DNA of 48,013 nt. It comes from Alphaproteobacteria bacterium (GTDB lineage Bacteria > Pseudomonadota > Alphaproteobacteria > ATCC43930 > CGMCC-115725). The stretch spans positions 1 through 48,013 of the forward strand of contig JBFXDF010000001.1 in NCBI GenBank assembly GCA_050181375.1, read 5' to 3'. This document shows positions 35,852 through 45,556 of this stretch, piece by piece (within the stretch, counting starts at the first letter, position 1; the number at the start of each line of letters is the position of its first letter). The notes beneath the pieces were generated by a model, which saw only the letters and a program-made list of their open reading frames with translations, was not told the origin of the DNA and made no database searches. The translations under genes and the position numbers were made by a program.

Positions 35852-37069
35852 TTATTCGGCCGGAACCGGTACGACGGCGGCGCGGCGACCGGAGCCGCGG
35901 GCACTGCCGGCGAAGAACAGACTGACGAGCCACAGCGCGGCGACCACGACCAGCACCAGATGGGGATGGCCGGAATCGATCAACAGGCCGTAGGGCACTG
36001 GCATAATCGCGCCGCCCAGCGCCAGCCCGGCGCTGACAAAACCGAAGACCTTGCCGATCTGGCCCGGCGGCGCGGCATCCTTGACCATCACGTCGCGCGG
36101 CGTCCGGCTCGCGCCGATAAACAGGCCGGTCGCAAACAACACGCCGACCATCGCCAGATGCGGCATCGCGGCCAGGTTGACCCACAGCATCAGCGCCGAC
36201 CCCGCCACCGTCAGCGCGATTACGAAACCGAGATGGCGATCGGTGCGGTCGGCCACCCAGCCGCCGAGCAGGATGCCGCACATCGCCCCGACCATGTAGC
36301 CGGTCAGCCCCGACGACGCGGATTCGAGGGTCAGGCCGTGCGTGCTGTGCAATACCGTGATCAGCCAGGACTGGATGCCTGACCCGGCCATCGAGGACAC
36401 CATAAAAAAGGCAAAGAACAGCAGGATCGGTCGCGACAACAGCTGGCGCATATCGGCCAGGAACCCGGCTGGGCGGGCGCCCTTCTCGCGCTTCTGCTCA
36501 TTGAGGATGCGGCTTTGCAGCACGATCGCAAGCACCACAGGCACGCCGACCCCGCCGACCACCAGCAGCGCTCCACGCCAGCCGATCAAGAGCGCCAGCG
36601 CGGCGGTGACGGGCGGCGCCGCCGCGAAGCCGATGTTACCGACGAATGTGTGCAGCGCGAACGAGCGGCCGAGACGCGACTTGTCGACCGAGCCGCTGAG
36701 GATCGCGTAATCGGCCGGGTGAATGACCGAATTGCCGAGCCCCGACAGCATTGCCAGCAAGACGATCTGCCAGTACGCGGTGGCCAGCGCCATCGCCGCG
36801 ATCGACAGCGTCATCAGGCTCGTGCCGGCGATCAGAAAACGGCGCGCGCCGTAGCGGTCGACGAGGAACCCGACCGGCGCCTGCGCCACCGCCGAGGTTC
36901 CGCCCATCAGCGCGATTGCGAGCCCGAGTTCGGCGAACGACACGTCGAATGCGCGCTGCCACGCGATAAACAGCGGCGGCAGGCAGAGCTGGTAATAGTG
37001 CGACAGAAAATGGCCGCACCCGATCAGCGCGTTGACGCGGGCATCGCGCCCGAAACCCGAGACTTTCAT
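35852..37069 (-). CDS. MFS transporter
   Basis: 405 aa, about 12 TM, with VDRYGARRFL (MFS loop 2-3 motif). Confidence 0.85.
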   Translation of the reverse strand: MKVSGFGRDARVNALIGCGHFLSHYYQLCLPPLFIAWQRAFDVSFAELGLAIALMGGTSAVAQAPVGFLVDRYGARRFLIAGTSLMTLSIAAMALATAYWQIVLLAMLSGLGNSVIHPADYAILSGSVDKSRLGRSFALHTFVGNIGFAAAPPVTAALALLIGWRGALLVVGGVGVPVVLAIVLQSRILNEQKREKGARPAGFLADMRQLLSRPILLFFAFFMVSSMAGSGIQSWLITVLHSTHGLTLESASSGLTGYMVGAMCGILLGGWVADRTDRHLGFVIALTVAGSALMLWVNLAAMPHLAMVGVLFATGLFIGASRTPRDVMVKDAAPPGQIGKVFGFVSAGLALGGAIMPVPYGLLIDSGHPHLVLVVVAALWLVSLFFAGSARGSGRRAAVVPVPAE

Positions 37070-37205
37070 GAGCCGGCCACCGCTCCGCGGGCGTACAAAC
37101 GATCTTCTCTCAATCTAAACCGGAAACGGGAGGCCGGGAAAACGCAGCCTCGGCGGGTTTGGGTTGCCCGATCGGCATACAGGCGCCCGTGGCGGATGCC
37201 GCCGC

Positions 37206-37320
37206 GGTTCGAATTCCGAGCGCGACCGGCCATTTCCTTGCTCCAGCGATGGTTTGCTGCTTCCGCAGGAAGGGAGAAGCGGACGTACCTGGCCGACCAC
37301 CGCAAGCAAGGGGCGCAACT
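37206..37320 (+). repeat. Dispersed intergenic repeat, copy B (shortened)
   Basis: GGTTCGAATTCCGAGCGCGACCGGCCATTTCC...GGTTTGCTGCTTCCGCAG aligns with 47841-47906. The tail GCAAGCAAGG aligns with 47978-47987. Confidence 0.65.
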
Positions 37321-37432
37321 CTACGATGAGCGCCGCGGCGCAGACAAATCGCGCCCGCTTGCGTACATTAGCGCATAAAGTGGGGCGTCGTTGCGGTGTG
37401 CCGGCGCCGCCGGCGTGTCAAGAGGTGCTGCG

Positions 37433-38635
37433 ATGACTGACGCGAAATCGAAAAATCCGGGCCAGCCGCCCGACCTTCCCGAACTGCTGGCGCGGGCCGA
37501 GGCGCTCGTGCCGGTGCTGCGCGAGCGTGCCGGCCGCACCGAGGAACTGCGCCGGCTCCCCGACGAGACGATCGACGATCTGCACCGGGCCGGGCTGTTT
37601 CGCATCCTGCAGCCAAAGCGGGTAGGAGGGAGCGAATTGCCGTTTCGGTCGATGGTCGAGCTGGTGTCGATCATCGGCACGGGCGACGGCTCGACCGCCT
37701 GGGTGCTTGCCAATCTCGCGGCGCATCACTGGATGCTCGCAATGTTTCCGAAACAGGCGCAAGACGAGGTGTGGGGCCAGTCGCCGGACAATCTGATCGG
37801 CTCGGCCCTGACCTTTCCGCGCGGGCGGGCGCATCGCGTCGAGGGCGGCTACCGGCTCAGCGGGCGCTGGCCGTTTTCGAGCGGCGTCGACCCGTCGGCG
37901 TGGAACCTGCTCGGCGCGATCATGCAGGACGAGGAGGCGGGGACGACGCAGCCCCGCCTCTTCCTGCTGCCGGCGAGCGATTACACGATCATCGACACCT
38001 GGCACGTGATTGGCCTTGCCGGGACCGGCAGCAAGGATGTCGCGGTCGATGACGTGTTTGTGCCTGAGCACCACAGCTTGGCGATGGACCAGATCACCGC
38101 CGGCCGCAACCCGGGCGCCGAGGTCAACCCGGCGGTTCTGTACCGGCTGCCGGCGGTCAGCCTGTTCGCATTCTGCATAGCCGCCGTCTCGCTCGGGATC
38201 GCGCAGGGCGCGATCGACTATTTCGCCGAGACGATGCGCACCCGTACCAGCTACTATACCGGCCGCAACCTCGCCGATTTCGTGACCTTGCAGATCCATC
38301 TCGCCGAGGCCAGCGCGCTGGTCGATATGTCGCGGGCGGTGATTCTCCTTGATTGCGACGAGGCGACGCGAATTGTCGCTGAAGGCCAGGTGCCGAGCCT
38401 CGAACAGCGCGCCCGCTACCGCCGCGACGGAGCCTATGCGGCGACGATGTGCACCCGCGCCGTCGATGCGCTGTTCCGGGCTACCGGCGGCGGCGCGATT
38501 TATGCACGCAATCCGTTGCAGCGCATGTTCCGCGACATCCATGCCGCCAATGCGCATTTCGTGCTGAACTGGGACATCAACGGCGCGATGTTCGGACGGG
38601 TGCTGCTGGGCCTGTCGCCGGACGCGATGCTGTAG
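37433..38635 (+). CDS. Flavin-dependent monooxygenase, oxygenase component (acyl-CoA dehydrogenase fold, group D)
   Basis: ATG after AGAGG. LRERAGRTEELRRLPDETIDDLHRAGLFRILQPKRVGG, RLSGRWPFSSG. Resembles HsaA / C2-HpaH-type oxygenases. Confidence 0.8.
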   Translation: MTDAKSKNPGQPPDLPELLARAEALVPVLRERAGRTEELRRLPDETIDDLHRAGLFRILQPKRVGGSELPFRSMVELVSIIGTGDGSTAWVLANLAAHHWMLAMFPKQAQDEVWGQSPDNLIGSALTFPRGRAHRVEGGYRLSGRWPFSSGVDPSAWNLLGAIMQDEEAGTTQPRLFLLPASDYTIIDTWHVIGLAGTGSKDVAVDDVFVPEHHSLAMDQITAGRNPGAEVNPAVLYRLPAVSLFAFCIAAVSLGIAQGAIDYFAETMRTRTSYYTGRNLADFVTLQIHLAEASALVDMSRAVILLDCDEATRIVAEGQVPSLEQRARYRRDGAYAATMCTRAVDALFRATGGGAIYARNPLQRMFRDIHAANAHFVLNWDINGAMFGRVLLGLSPDAML

Positions 38636-38653
38636 AGAATTCGAGGACGTACC

Positions 38654-39196
38654 GTGTCAAGAGATATACCGGGCAGCCATCAGGCCCAAGTTCACAGCAC
38701 CTCTGCCGAGGGGTTCAACTCGCGCGAGCTGCGCAACGCGCTCGGCTCCTTCGCGACCGGGGTGACGATTGTTACGACGCGCAGCCGCAGCGGCGTCATA
38801 ACCGGGATGACGGCGAATTCGTTCACCTCGGTATCGCTGACCCCGCCGCTGGTGCTGTGGTCGAGTTCGCTCTACGCGAACAGCCTGCCGGCGTTTCAGG
38901 AGAGCTCGCATTTCGTCGTCAACATCCTGGCCTATGACCAGATCGAGTTGTCGAACCGCTTCGCGAAATCGATCGAGGACAAATTCGCCGATGTCGATCA
39001 TATCATTCCGGAATGCGGCGCGCCGGTGCTGATCGGTTCGGCGGCGCATTTCGAGTGCCGCAACGAGTTCCGCCATTACGGCGGCGACCACATCATCTTT
39101 ATCGGACATGTCGAGCGTTTCGCCTATACCGACAAGCCGACGCTGATGTTCTGCCGCGGCAAATACATACGCGGCGAACCGATCATGCAGACGTGA
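38654..39196 (+). CDS. Flavin reductase (NAD(P)H:flavin oxidoreductase) component
   Basis: LRNALGSFATGVTIVTT and GMTANSFTSVSLTPPLVLW. Confidence 0.85.
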   Translation: MSRDIPGSHQAQVHSTSAEGFNSRELRNALGSFATGVTIVTTRSRSGVITGMTANSFTSVSLTPPLVLWSSSLYANSLPAFQESSHFVVNILAYDQIELSNRFAKSIEDKFADVDHIIPECGAPVLIGSAAHFECRNEFRHYGGDHIIFIGHVERFAYTDKPTLMFCRGKYIRGEPIMQT

Positions 39197-39290
39197 GGCT
39201 ATATCCGCTTTGTCGTGTCGCCCTCCCGGCGAGGGCTGCGATGCATCGACCCGCCCGGCCGCCCCGCTGCCAGCGAGAAAAAGAAGTGAA

Positions 39291-40646
39291 ATGAATCCTG
39301 ATTTGTCGCTGCGAACCGGTGCCGTGTCCGGCCGGATGCATTACGCCTGGATCGTCGCGGCGATCACGTTCGTGATTGTCGTGCTCACCGCAGGCGTGCG
39401 GGCCGCGCCGGGCGTCTTGATCGTGCCGCTGGAACACGAATTTCAGTGGTCGCGCGCGACGATTTCGTTCGCCATCGGCGTCAACGTGCTGCTCTATGGC
39501 GTCATCGGCCCGTTCGCCGCGGCGCTGATCGATCGGTTCGGCGCGCGGCGCACGGTCACGCTGTCGCTCGCCGCGACCGCAACAGGCGTGGCGCTGACGC
39601 CGTTGATGACCGAAACATGGCAGCTTGTGCTGCTATGGGGCGTTGTCGTCGGGCTCGGCTGCGGGTTTACCGGCGCCTATCTCGGCCCCTTGATCGCGGC
39701 GCGCTGGTTCAAGGCCCGGCAAGGCTTTGTGATCGGCGTGCTGACCGCCGGCAACGCGGCCGGGCAGCTCGTCTTCCTCCCGACAATGGCCGCTCTGGTT
39801 ACATCCGCCGGCTGGCGCGTCATGTCGCTGATCCTCGCCGCCTCCGTCCTGGTCTTCGTGCCGCTAGTCGTCTGGCTGATGCGGGATCGACCGGAATCGG
39901 TCGGACTCCTTGCCTACGGGGAGACGCACGCGGGTCCGGCGTCGCGGGCCAGCTTTGCCAGCAATCCATCCGCCAACAATCCATCCGCCGGCAATCCCCC
40001 CGCCGGCAACCCGATCATGATCAGCTTCCGGGCGCTGGGCGACGGAGCGCGCTCGCGCGATTTCTGGCTGATCGCGGGCAGCTATTTTGTCTGCGGCGCC
40101 TCGACCAACGGGCTGATCGGGACGCATCTGATCCCGGCCTGCGTCGATCACGGTCTGACCGAGGTGGTCGGCGCCGGACTGTTGGCCGCGACCGGCGTCT
40201 TCGCGTTTATCGGCGGGACCGCGTCGGGCTGGCTCAGCGACCGCTTCGACCCGCGATTTCTGCTGTTCTGGTATTACGGGCTGCGCGGCCTATCGCTGAT
40301 CTACCTGCCGTTCGCGCTCGACACGTCATTTTACGGCTTGTCGCTGTTCGCGGTTTTCTACGGGCTCGACTGGATCGCCGGCGTGCCACCGACCGTGCGC
40401 CTGCTGAACCGCGCGATGGGCGCCGAGCGGATCGGCATCATGGTCGCCTGGATCACGGTCATCCATCAGATCGGCGGCGCTGGGGCGGCCTATCTCGGCG
40501 GCGTCTTCAGGATCGGGTTCGGCACCTATTTCGAAGCCTTTGTGATCGCGGGGCTGATGTGCATCGGGGCGGCCCTGATGGTGCTGTTTATCGGCGCCGG
40601 TCGGTCGCGCCTCGAACCGCAACCTGCGGCACTGCCGGCCGAATAG
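39291..40646 (+). CDS. MFS transporter
   Basis: Internal ATG. About 12 TM, with IDRFGARRTV. The central loop contains an NPSA-type tandem repeat. Confidence 0.85.
   Translation: MNPDLSLRTGAVSGRMHYAWIVAAITFVIVVLTAGVRAAPGVLIVPLEHEFQWSRATISFAIGVNVLLYGVIGPFAAALIDRFGARRTVTLSLAATATGVALTPLMTETWQLVLLWGVVVGLGCGFTGAYLGPLIAARWFKARQGFVIGVLTAGNAAGQLVFLPTMAALVTSAGWRVMSLILAASVLVFVPLVVWLMRDRPESVGLLAYGETHAGPASRASFASNPSANNPSAGNPPAGNPIMISFRALGDGARSRDFWLIAGSYFVCGASTNGLIGTHLIPACVDHGLTEVVGAGLLAATGVFAFIGGTASGWLSDRFDPRFLLFWYYGLRGLSLIYLPFALDTSFYGLSLFAVFYGLDWIAGVPPTVRLLNRAMGAERIGIMVAWITVIHQIGGAGAAYLGGVFRIGFGTYFEAFVIAGLMCIGAALMVLFIGAGRSRLEPQPAALPAE
39963..40007 (+). repeat. 3 x 15-nt in-frame tandem repeat (NPSAN NPSAG NPPAG) in the MFS central loop
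   Basis: AATCCATCCGCCAAC / AATCCATCCGCCGGC / AATCCCCCCGCCGGC. Confidence 0.8.
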
Positions 40647-40680
40647 GGAGCGGCCGGATCGCTCCGGTGCGAGCATCATT

Positions 40681-40707
40681 GGCGGAAAACGCTACTCTTT
40701 TTCCGCC
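40681..40707. terminator. Bidirectional-type terminator hairpin between convergent genes
   Basis: GGCGGAAAA-cgctactct-TTTTCCGCC. A/T runs are built into both arms. Confidence 0.55.
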
Positions 40708-40718
40708 TTGCCGCGCGC

Positions 40719-41861
40719 TCAGTCGAACCACGCCAGGTCGATCGCGTCGCCCATCTTGCAATAGCCGCTGTCGCTGGGGTGAAGACCGTCGCCGCAATCG
40801 TCCGCGGCGCGCATCTGGGTCGGGATTTCGGGGTCGCGCAGCGCCGCGTCGAAATCGGCAACGGCGTCGAACGCGCCGCCGGTGCGGATCCAGTCATTGA
40901 CCGCCACCCGGTGCTTCTCGCGGGTCGGGTTCCAGGCGTTGAGCATGAAGGTCTCGTTGCCGAACGGGGTCAGCGTCGCGCCGATAATCTTGATCCCAGC
41001 GCTGTGTGCCCGCACAGCCATCTGCTGCAGCCCGGCGATCATCTGTTCGGCGGTGACCTCCTCCTCGGGCTTGGCCCAGCGGTTGCGCAAATCGTTGGTG
41101 CCAAGCATGACGATGACATGGGTGACGCCGGGCTGCGCGATCACGTCGCGGTCGAACCGCCGGACGCCGCTGTCTCCGCGGATGTCGTGCAGGATGCGGT
41201 TGCCGCCGAGCCCGTTGTTCATGACGCCGACCGGGCGGCCGCCTTTGGCGGCAAGGCGCCGCGCCAGCTGGTCCGGCCAGCGGCAGAACGCGTCGATCGT
41301 CGAGATATTGCCGTCGGTCAGCGAATCGCCGAGCGCCACGACGCCGCCCGCCTCGGGCGCGGCCAGGACATCGATGCCGCACAAAAAGAACCATTGATCG
41401 GTCAGATTGCCGACCGGCATCACGGTCTCCGCCGCGAAATCGCCGCGCGGCGAGATGTAATTGGTCTGCCGCGCGTAGCGGCCGGTGATCGCGAAATTTG
41501 CCAGCACCTCGCCCGGCAGATGAAAGCTGACCGCGAGATCGGCGAGGGAGGGGGCGTCAAGCTCGACCGGATCGCTGAACAGCACCGCGCCGGCGGCGAT
41601 TACCGCGCCGTCATCGCCGCCGAAGGTAAGCTTGCGGTCGGAGCCGGCGACAATGGCCGGTCCTTTGTCGCGCAGCGCGATATGCGCGTTGCCGATCGTC
41701 AGCGTCCGGCTGCCGTAGGCGTTCGAGACGCGAACTCTGAGGCGGCCGCCGCCGAGGCTGATGCGCGGGTTCATGCGCATTGTCACATCGCTGAAGCCAA
41801 CCACGCCCTCGGCCGGCGCCGGCGCCGCCGCCCAGGTCCCGACCCATTTTCTCTCCGGCAT
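40719..41861 (-). CDS. SGNH/GDSL hydrolase family protein
   Basis: ATG after GGGAGG. Block I VVALGDSLTDG, block II NNGLGGNRIL and block V DGLHPS. Confidence 0.8.
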   Translation of the reverse strand: MPERKWVGTWAAAPAPAEGVVGFSDVTMRMNPRISLGGGRLRVRVSNAYGSRTLTIGNAHIALRDKGPAIVAGSDRKLTFGGDDGAVIAAGAVLFSDPVELDAPSLADLAVSFHLPGEVLANFAITGRYARQTNYISPRGDFAAETVMPVGNLTDQWFFLCGIDVLAAPEAGGVVALGDSLTDGNISTIDAFCRWPDQLARRLAAKGGRPVGVMNNGLGGNRILHDIRGDSGVRRFDRDVIAQPGVTHVIVMLGTNDLRNRWAKPEEEVTAEQMIAGLQQMAVRAHSAGIKIIGATLTPFGNETFMLNAWNPTREKHRVAVNDWIRTGGAFDAVADFDAALRDPEIPTQMRAADDCGDGLHPSDSGYCKMGDAIDLAWFD

Positions 41862-41967
41862 CGCCGCCTCCCTCGTGCTCGTGCGGGCATGGTGCCGCCG
41901 TGTCCGGCCAGGCCGCAACGGTTTTGACAAAACCTCCCGTCGCCGCACCGCGGGAGAGGGATTTCGC

Positions 41968-42972
41968 TCAGAGATACGGGTCCGGCTGCGACAAATACTG
42001 CGTCACGCAATCGCGCACCGCGTCCTCGAGGGGCGTGAACGGGGCGTTGTAGCCAGCGCGGCGCAGCCGCGCCATCTCGGCCTGCGTGAAGTACTGGTAA
42101 TTCGGGCGGATCGCGTCCGGCATGTCGATGAATTCGATCTTCGGCGCAACGCTGCAGGCGGCGCCGAGCGCGCGCATCAGATCGAGAAAGCTGCGCGCCT
42201 GCCCGGTTCCGAGATTGTAGATGCCGTTGAGCGGCGCATCCGATCGGTCATCAGGTTCGTGGCGCCACAGCCATAGCATGACCGCGGCGCAATCCTTGAC
42301 ATAGACGAAATCGCGCAGCTGCTCGCCGTCGGCGTATTCCGGGCGGTAGGATTTGAATAGCGGGATCGTCTCGCCGGCGATGACGCGCGGGTAGTTCTTC
42401 ACCACCAGGCTCGTCATGTCGCCTTTGTGGTGTTCGTTCGGGCCGAAGACGTTGAAGAACTTGAACCCGGCCCAGAGCGGCGGTGAATTTCCGGCTTCGA
42501 CCTGGCGCAGCGCCCAGAGATCAAAGGCGTGCTTCGACCAGCCGTACAGATTGAGCGGCCGCAGCCGTTTCAACGCCGCAATGCCGCCATCGTCAGAGAA
42601 ACCAGCCGAACCGTCGCCGTATGTCGCGGCCGTCGAGGCGTAGATGAATTTTTTCCGATGCGCCGCGCACCAGCGCCACAGCGCGATCGAGTAGTTGAGG
42701 TTGTTGCGGATCATCTCGTCGGCGTCGGCGAACGTCGTCTCCGAGATCGCGCCGAGGTGAAACACGGTCTCGACCGCATTGCCGAACCGGTCCAGCCAAT
42801 CGAACAACCCCTCGAGCGGCACGATTTCGTAAAAATCGCGCTTGGCGATGTTGCGCCATTTGTCGCCGATGCCGAAGCGATCGACGATGACGAGGTCGGA
42901 CCGCCCGGCTTCGTTGAGATGGGCGGCGAGAACCGAGCCGATGAAGCCGCCGCCGCCCGTAACTACCAACAT
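41968..42972 (-). CDS. hldD: ADP-glyceromanno-heptose 6-epimerase
   Basis: MLVVTGGGGFIGS, NLYGWSKHAFD. Confidence 0.9.
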   Translation of the reverse strand: MLVVTGGGGFIGSVLAAHLNEAGRSDLVIVDRFGIGDKWRNIAKRDFYEIVPLEGLFDWLDRFGNAVETVFHLGAISETTFADADEMIRNNLNYSIALWRWCAAHRKKFIYASTAATYGDGSAGFSDDGGIAALKRLRPLNLYGWSKHAFDLWALRQVEAGNSPPLWAGFKFFNVFGPNEHHKGDMTSLVVKNYPRVIAGETIPLFKSYRPEYADGEQLRDFVYVKDCAAVMLWLWRHEPDDRSDAPLNGIYNLGTGQARSFLDLMRALGAACSVAPKIEFIDMPDAIRPNYQYFTQAEMARLRRAGYNAPFTPLEDAVRDCVTQYLSQPDPYL

Positions 42973-42985
42973 TGCATTACCGATA

Positions 42986-44449
42986 TCAGGCCGCGTTGTC
43001 GCGCGCGCCGGCGGAACCGCCCTGGATCGCATGGATCAGGCGGGTGGTCGAACGGCCATCGACCAGATCTACCAGCACGACCCGGCCTCCCGTCGCCTGC
43101 ACGTCCTCGGCGCCGACCACGGTCTCGATCGTGTAGTCGCCACCCTTGACCAGGATATCGGGCTTCAGGCGACGGATCAGCTCGATCGGGGTTTCGTCGT
43201 CGAAGCTGATCACGGCATCGACCGCCCCGATCGCGGCGATCACGGCGGCACGGTCGGCCAGAGCATTGACCGGCCGCTTCGGCCCCTTGAGCCGGCGCAC
43301 GCCGCGATCGGTGTTGAGCGCGACAATCAGCCGGTCGCATTGCGCCCGCGCCGCCGCCAGGAGCGCGACATGGCCGGCGTGCACGATGTCGAAGCAGCCA
43401 TTGGTAAACCCGACGCGCAGATTGCGGCTCTTCCAGCGCCGCACCAGCGCCTCGGTCTCGGCGAGGCTGAAATGCTTCGCGCGGTGCCATTCCTTGTCGC
43501 GCACGTCGCGCGAGAGTTCGAGCATCAGCTCGTCGAGTTCGACCGTCGCGGTGCCGAGCTTGCTGACAACGATCCCGGCGGCGGTGTTGGCGAGCCGCAT
43601 CGCCTGCGGGAGCGGATACCCGGCGGCGCCAGCCAGGGCGAGGACGGCGACGACCATATCGCCGGCGCCGGAGACATCGAATACCTCGCGGGCGCGCGCC
43701 GTTTCGAAATGCACCGCGCCCGACGCCTCGACCAGCGCCATGCCTTTCTCGGAACGGGTCGCAAGCACGGCGCCGATGCCGCTGTCCCGCAGCACGCTTG
43801 TCGCGGCGGCGACGATCTCGGCATCGGTTCCGGCCGGCAGGCGGGCTGCCAAGGCGAGCTCGCGCTGGTTCGGGGTGATGCAGGCGGCGCCGCGATAGCG
43901 GGCGAAATCATCGCCTTTCGGATCGATATAAACCGGGGCGCCGCGGCGGCGAGCGCCGGCGATCGTGGCGTGCAGCACGGCGGGCGAGAGCGCACCCTTG
44001 CCGTAATCCGACAGGATTACCGCGTCGGCCTGCCCGAGCGCCTCCTCGGCGGCGGCGATCAGCACGGCCTCTTCGTCGGGGTCGAGAGCGTGCGTGTGTT
44101 CCTCGTCGACCCGCACCAGCTGCTGGTTTCCGGCCAGATACCGGGTCTTGCAGGTGGTCGGGCGGCGGCTCGCGACAGTGCGGTCGAGAATGCCCGGCGT
44201 CGCGGCGAGCAGCGCCCTCGCCTCGGCGCCGGAGGCATCGTCGCCCACCAGCCCGATCAGCGGCGCGGCGCCGCCGAGCGCGGCGATATTGCGGGCCACA
44301 TTGCCGGCGCCGCCGAGCATGCCGCGCGTCTCGCGCAGCCGCAGGACCGGCACCGGCGCCTCGGGCGAGATGCGTTCGGTATCGCAATACGCGAAACGGT
44401 CGAGCATGACGTCGCCGAGACACAGGATCGTGGCGCCCGAGAAATCCAT
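42986..44449 (-). CDS. hldE: Bifunctional D-beta-D-heptose 7-phosphate kinase / heptose 1-phosphate adenylyltransferase
   Basis: Internal ATG (codon 338 of the track ORF). ILCLGDVMLDRF..., PfkB-type DVSGAGD, and the C-terminal cytidylyltransferase FTNGCFDIVHAGH. Confidence 0.92.
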   Translation of the reverse strand: MDFSGATILCLGDVMLDRFAYCDTERISPEAPVPVLRLRETRGMLGGAGNVARNIAALGGAAPLIGLVGDDASGAEARALLAATPGILDRTVASRRPTTCKTRYLAGNQQLVRVDEEHTHALDPDEEAVLIAAAEEALGQADAVILSDYGKGALSPAVLHATIAGARRRGAPVYIDPKGDDFARYRGAACITPNQRELALAARLPAGTDAEIVAAATSVLRDSGIGAVLATRSEKGMALVEASGAVHFETARAREVFDVSGAGDMVVAVLALAGAAGYPLPQAMRLANTAAGIVVSKLGTATVELDELMLELSRDVRDKEWHRAKHFSLAETEALVRRWKSRNLRVGFTNGCFDIVHAGHVALLAAARAQCDRLIVALNTDRGVRRLKGPKRPVNALADRAAVIAAIGAVDAVISFDDETPIELIRRLKPDILVKGGDYTIETVVGAEDVQATGGRVVLVDLVDGRSTTRLIHAIQGGSAGARDNAA

Positions 44450-44593
44450 GCGATGTGCCGATCGGGACGGGTTTGTACCGGACCTGTCTAGCACGGGGGA
44501 GGTGACACGGCCAGAAGCAGCCGACAAGCCGGCCGGTTGCGATGTGTTCGGTCTTCGCCGAAAATGGGTGAGATTCGATTGCGGGAGATCACG

Positions 44594-45550
44594 ATGAACG
44601 ACGATACCGCGCCCTGGGTCGATCCGGAGCTCGTCGCCGCCGGCAAGCTGTTGCAGGAGAGAGGTCTTGTCGCGCCGGACCGCACGGTCGCCTCGCTCGC
44701 CGAGGTGCGGGCGGCGCAGGACCGGATCGGCGCGTTTCTCGGCGAGGGGTCGGTTCCGCTGAAGGACGAGCGCGATCTGTCGTTGCCGGGGCCGCTCGGG
44801 CAGGTGCCGTGCCGCCTCTATATGCCCGACGGCGTGAAAAATCCGCCGCTGCTGGTCTATGCGCATGGCGGCGGCTTTATGCAGGGCGGTCTGCCGAGCT
44901 GGGACCATATGCTGCGCGAGCTGGTGCGCCAGAGCGGCGTCGCCGCGCTGTCGGTCGATTACAAGCTCTCGCCGGAAGCGAAATTCCCGGTGGCCTACGA
45001 GGAGATGGTGGCGGTGACGCGGCTGGCGGCGCGCGAGGGCTCCGGGTTTGGGATCGACCCGACGCGGCTCGCGGTCGGCGGCGACTCGGCCGGCGGCAAT
45101 CTGGCGCTGGCGGCGGCGCTGGCGATGCGCGATGCCGGCGAGAAGGCGCTCAAATTTCAGCTGCTGATCTACGGGGTTTATTCGACGGACAGCGACAGCC
45201 CGTCCTGGCGGCGCTTCGGCCAAGGCGCCGGGCTGTCGCAGACGCAGATGCGGTGGATCTGGCAGACCTATCTGGAAAACCCGGAACAGCAGAAGGACTG
45301 GCGCGCCGCGCCGATCCTCGCCGATCTGAAAAGCGTCGCGCCGGCGCATCTGATCATCGGCAGCCTCGACCCGCTGCTCGACGACAGCCACAACCTCGCC
45401 GCGGCGCTGAAGACGGCCGGGGTGCCGTGCACGCTCAAGGTGTACGAGGGCATCAATCACGGGTTTATCCGGTACGGCAGGCTGATCGGCACGTCGCGCC
45501 GCGCGATCTCCGACTGCGCCGCCGCGCTGAAAGCGGGTCTCGCCGCCTGA
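44594..45550 (+). CDS. Alpha/beta hydrolase, HSL-type esterase/lipase
   Basis: ATG after GGGAGA. LVYAHGGGFMQG (HGGG) and VGGDSAGGNLA (GDSAG). Confidence 0.85.
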   Translation: MNDDTAPWVDPELVAAGKLLQERGLVAPDRTVASLAEVRAAQDRIGAFLGEGSVPLKDERDLSLPGPLGQVPCRLYMPDGVKNPPLLVYAHGGGFMQGGLPSWDHMLRELVRQSGVAALSVDYKLSPEAKFPVAYEEMVAVTRLAAREGSGFGIDPTRLAVGGDSAGGNLALAAALAMRDAGEKALKFQLLIYGVYSTDSDSPSWRRFGQGAGLSQTQMRWIWQTYLENPEQQKDWRAAPILADLKSVAPAHLIIGSLDPLLDDSHNLAAALKTAGVPCTLKVYEGINHGFIRYGRLIGTSRRAISDCAAALKAGLAA

Positions 45551-45556
45551 TTTGTC

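Noticed and set aside
44450-45460. A 337-codon upstream extension of the hldE track ORF. Analogous extensions occur for pgk (25858..26181), tatA (31221..31919) and the track ORF 17440..17946.
   Set aside because: These extensions overlap well-supported genes on the other strand or have shadow-type composition. The conserved N-termini start at internal ATGs with Shine-Dalgarno sequences.
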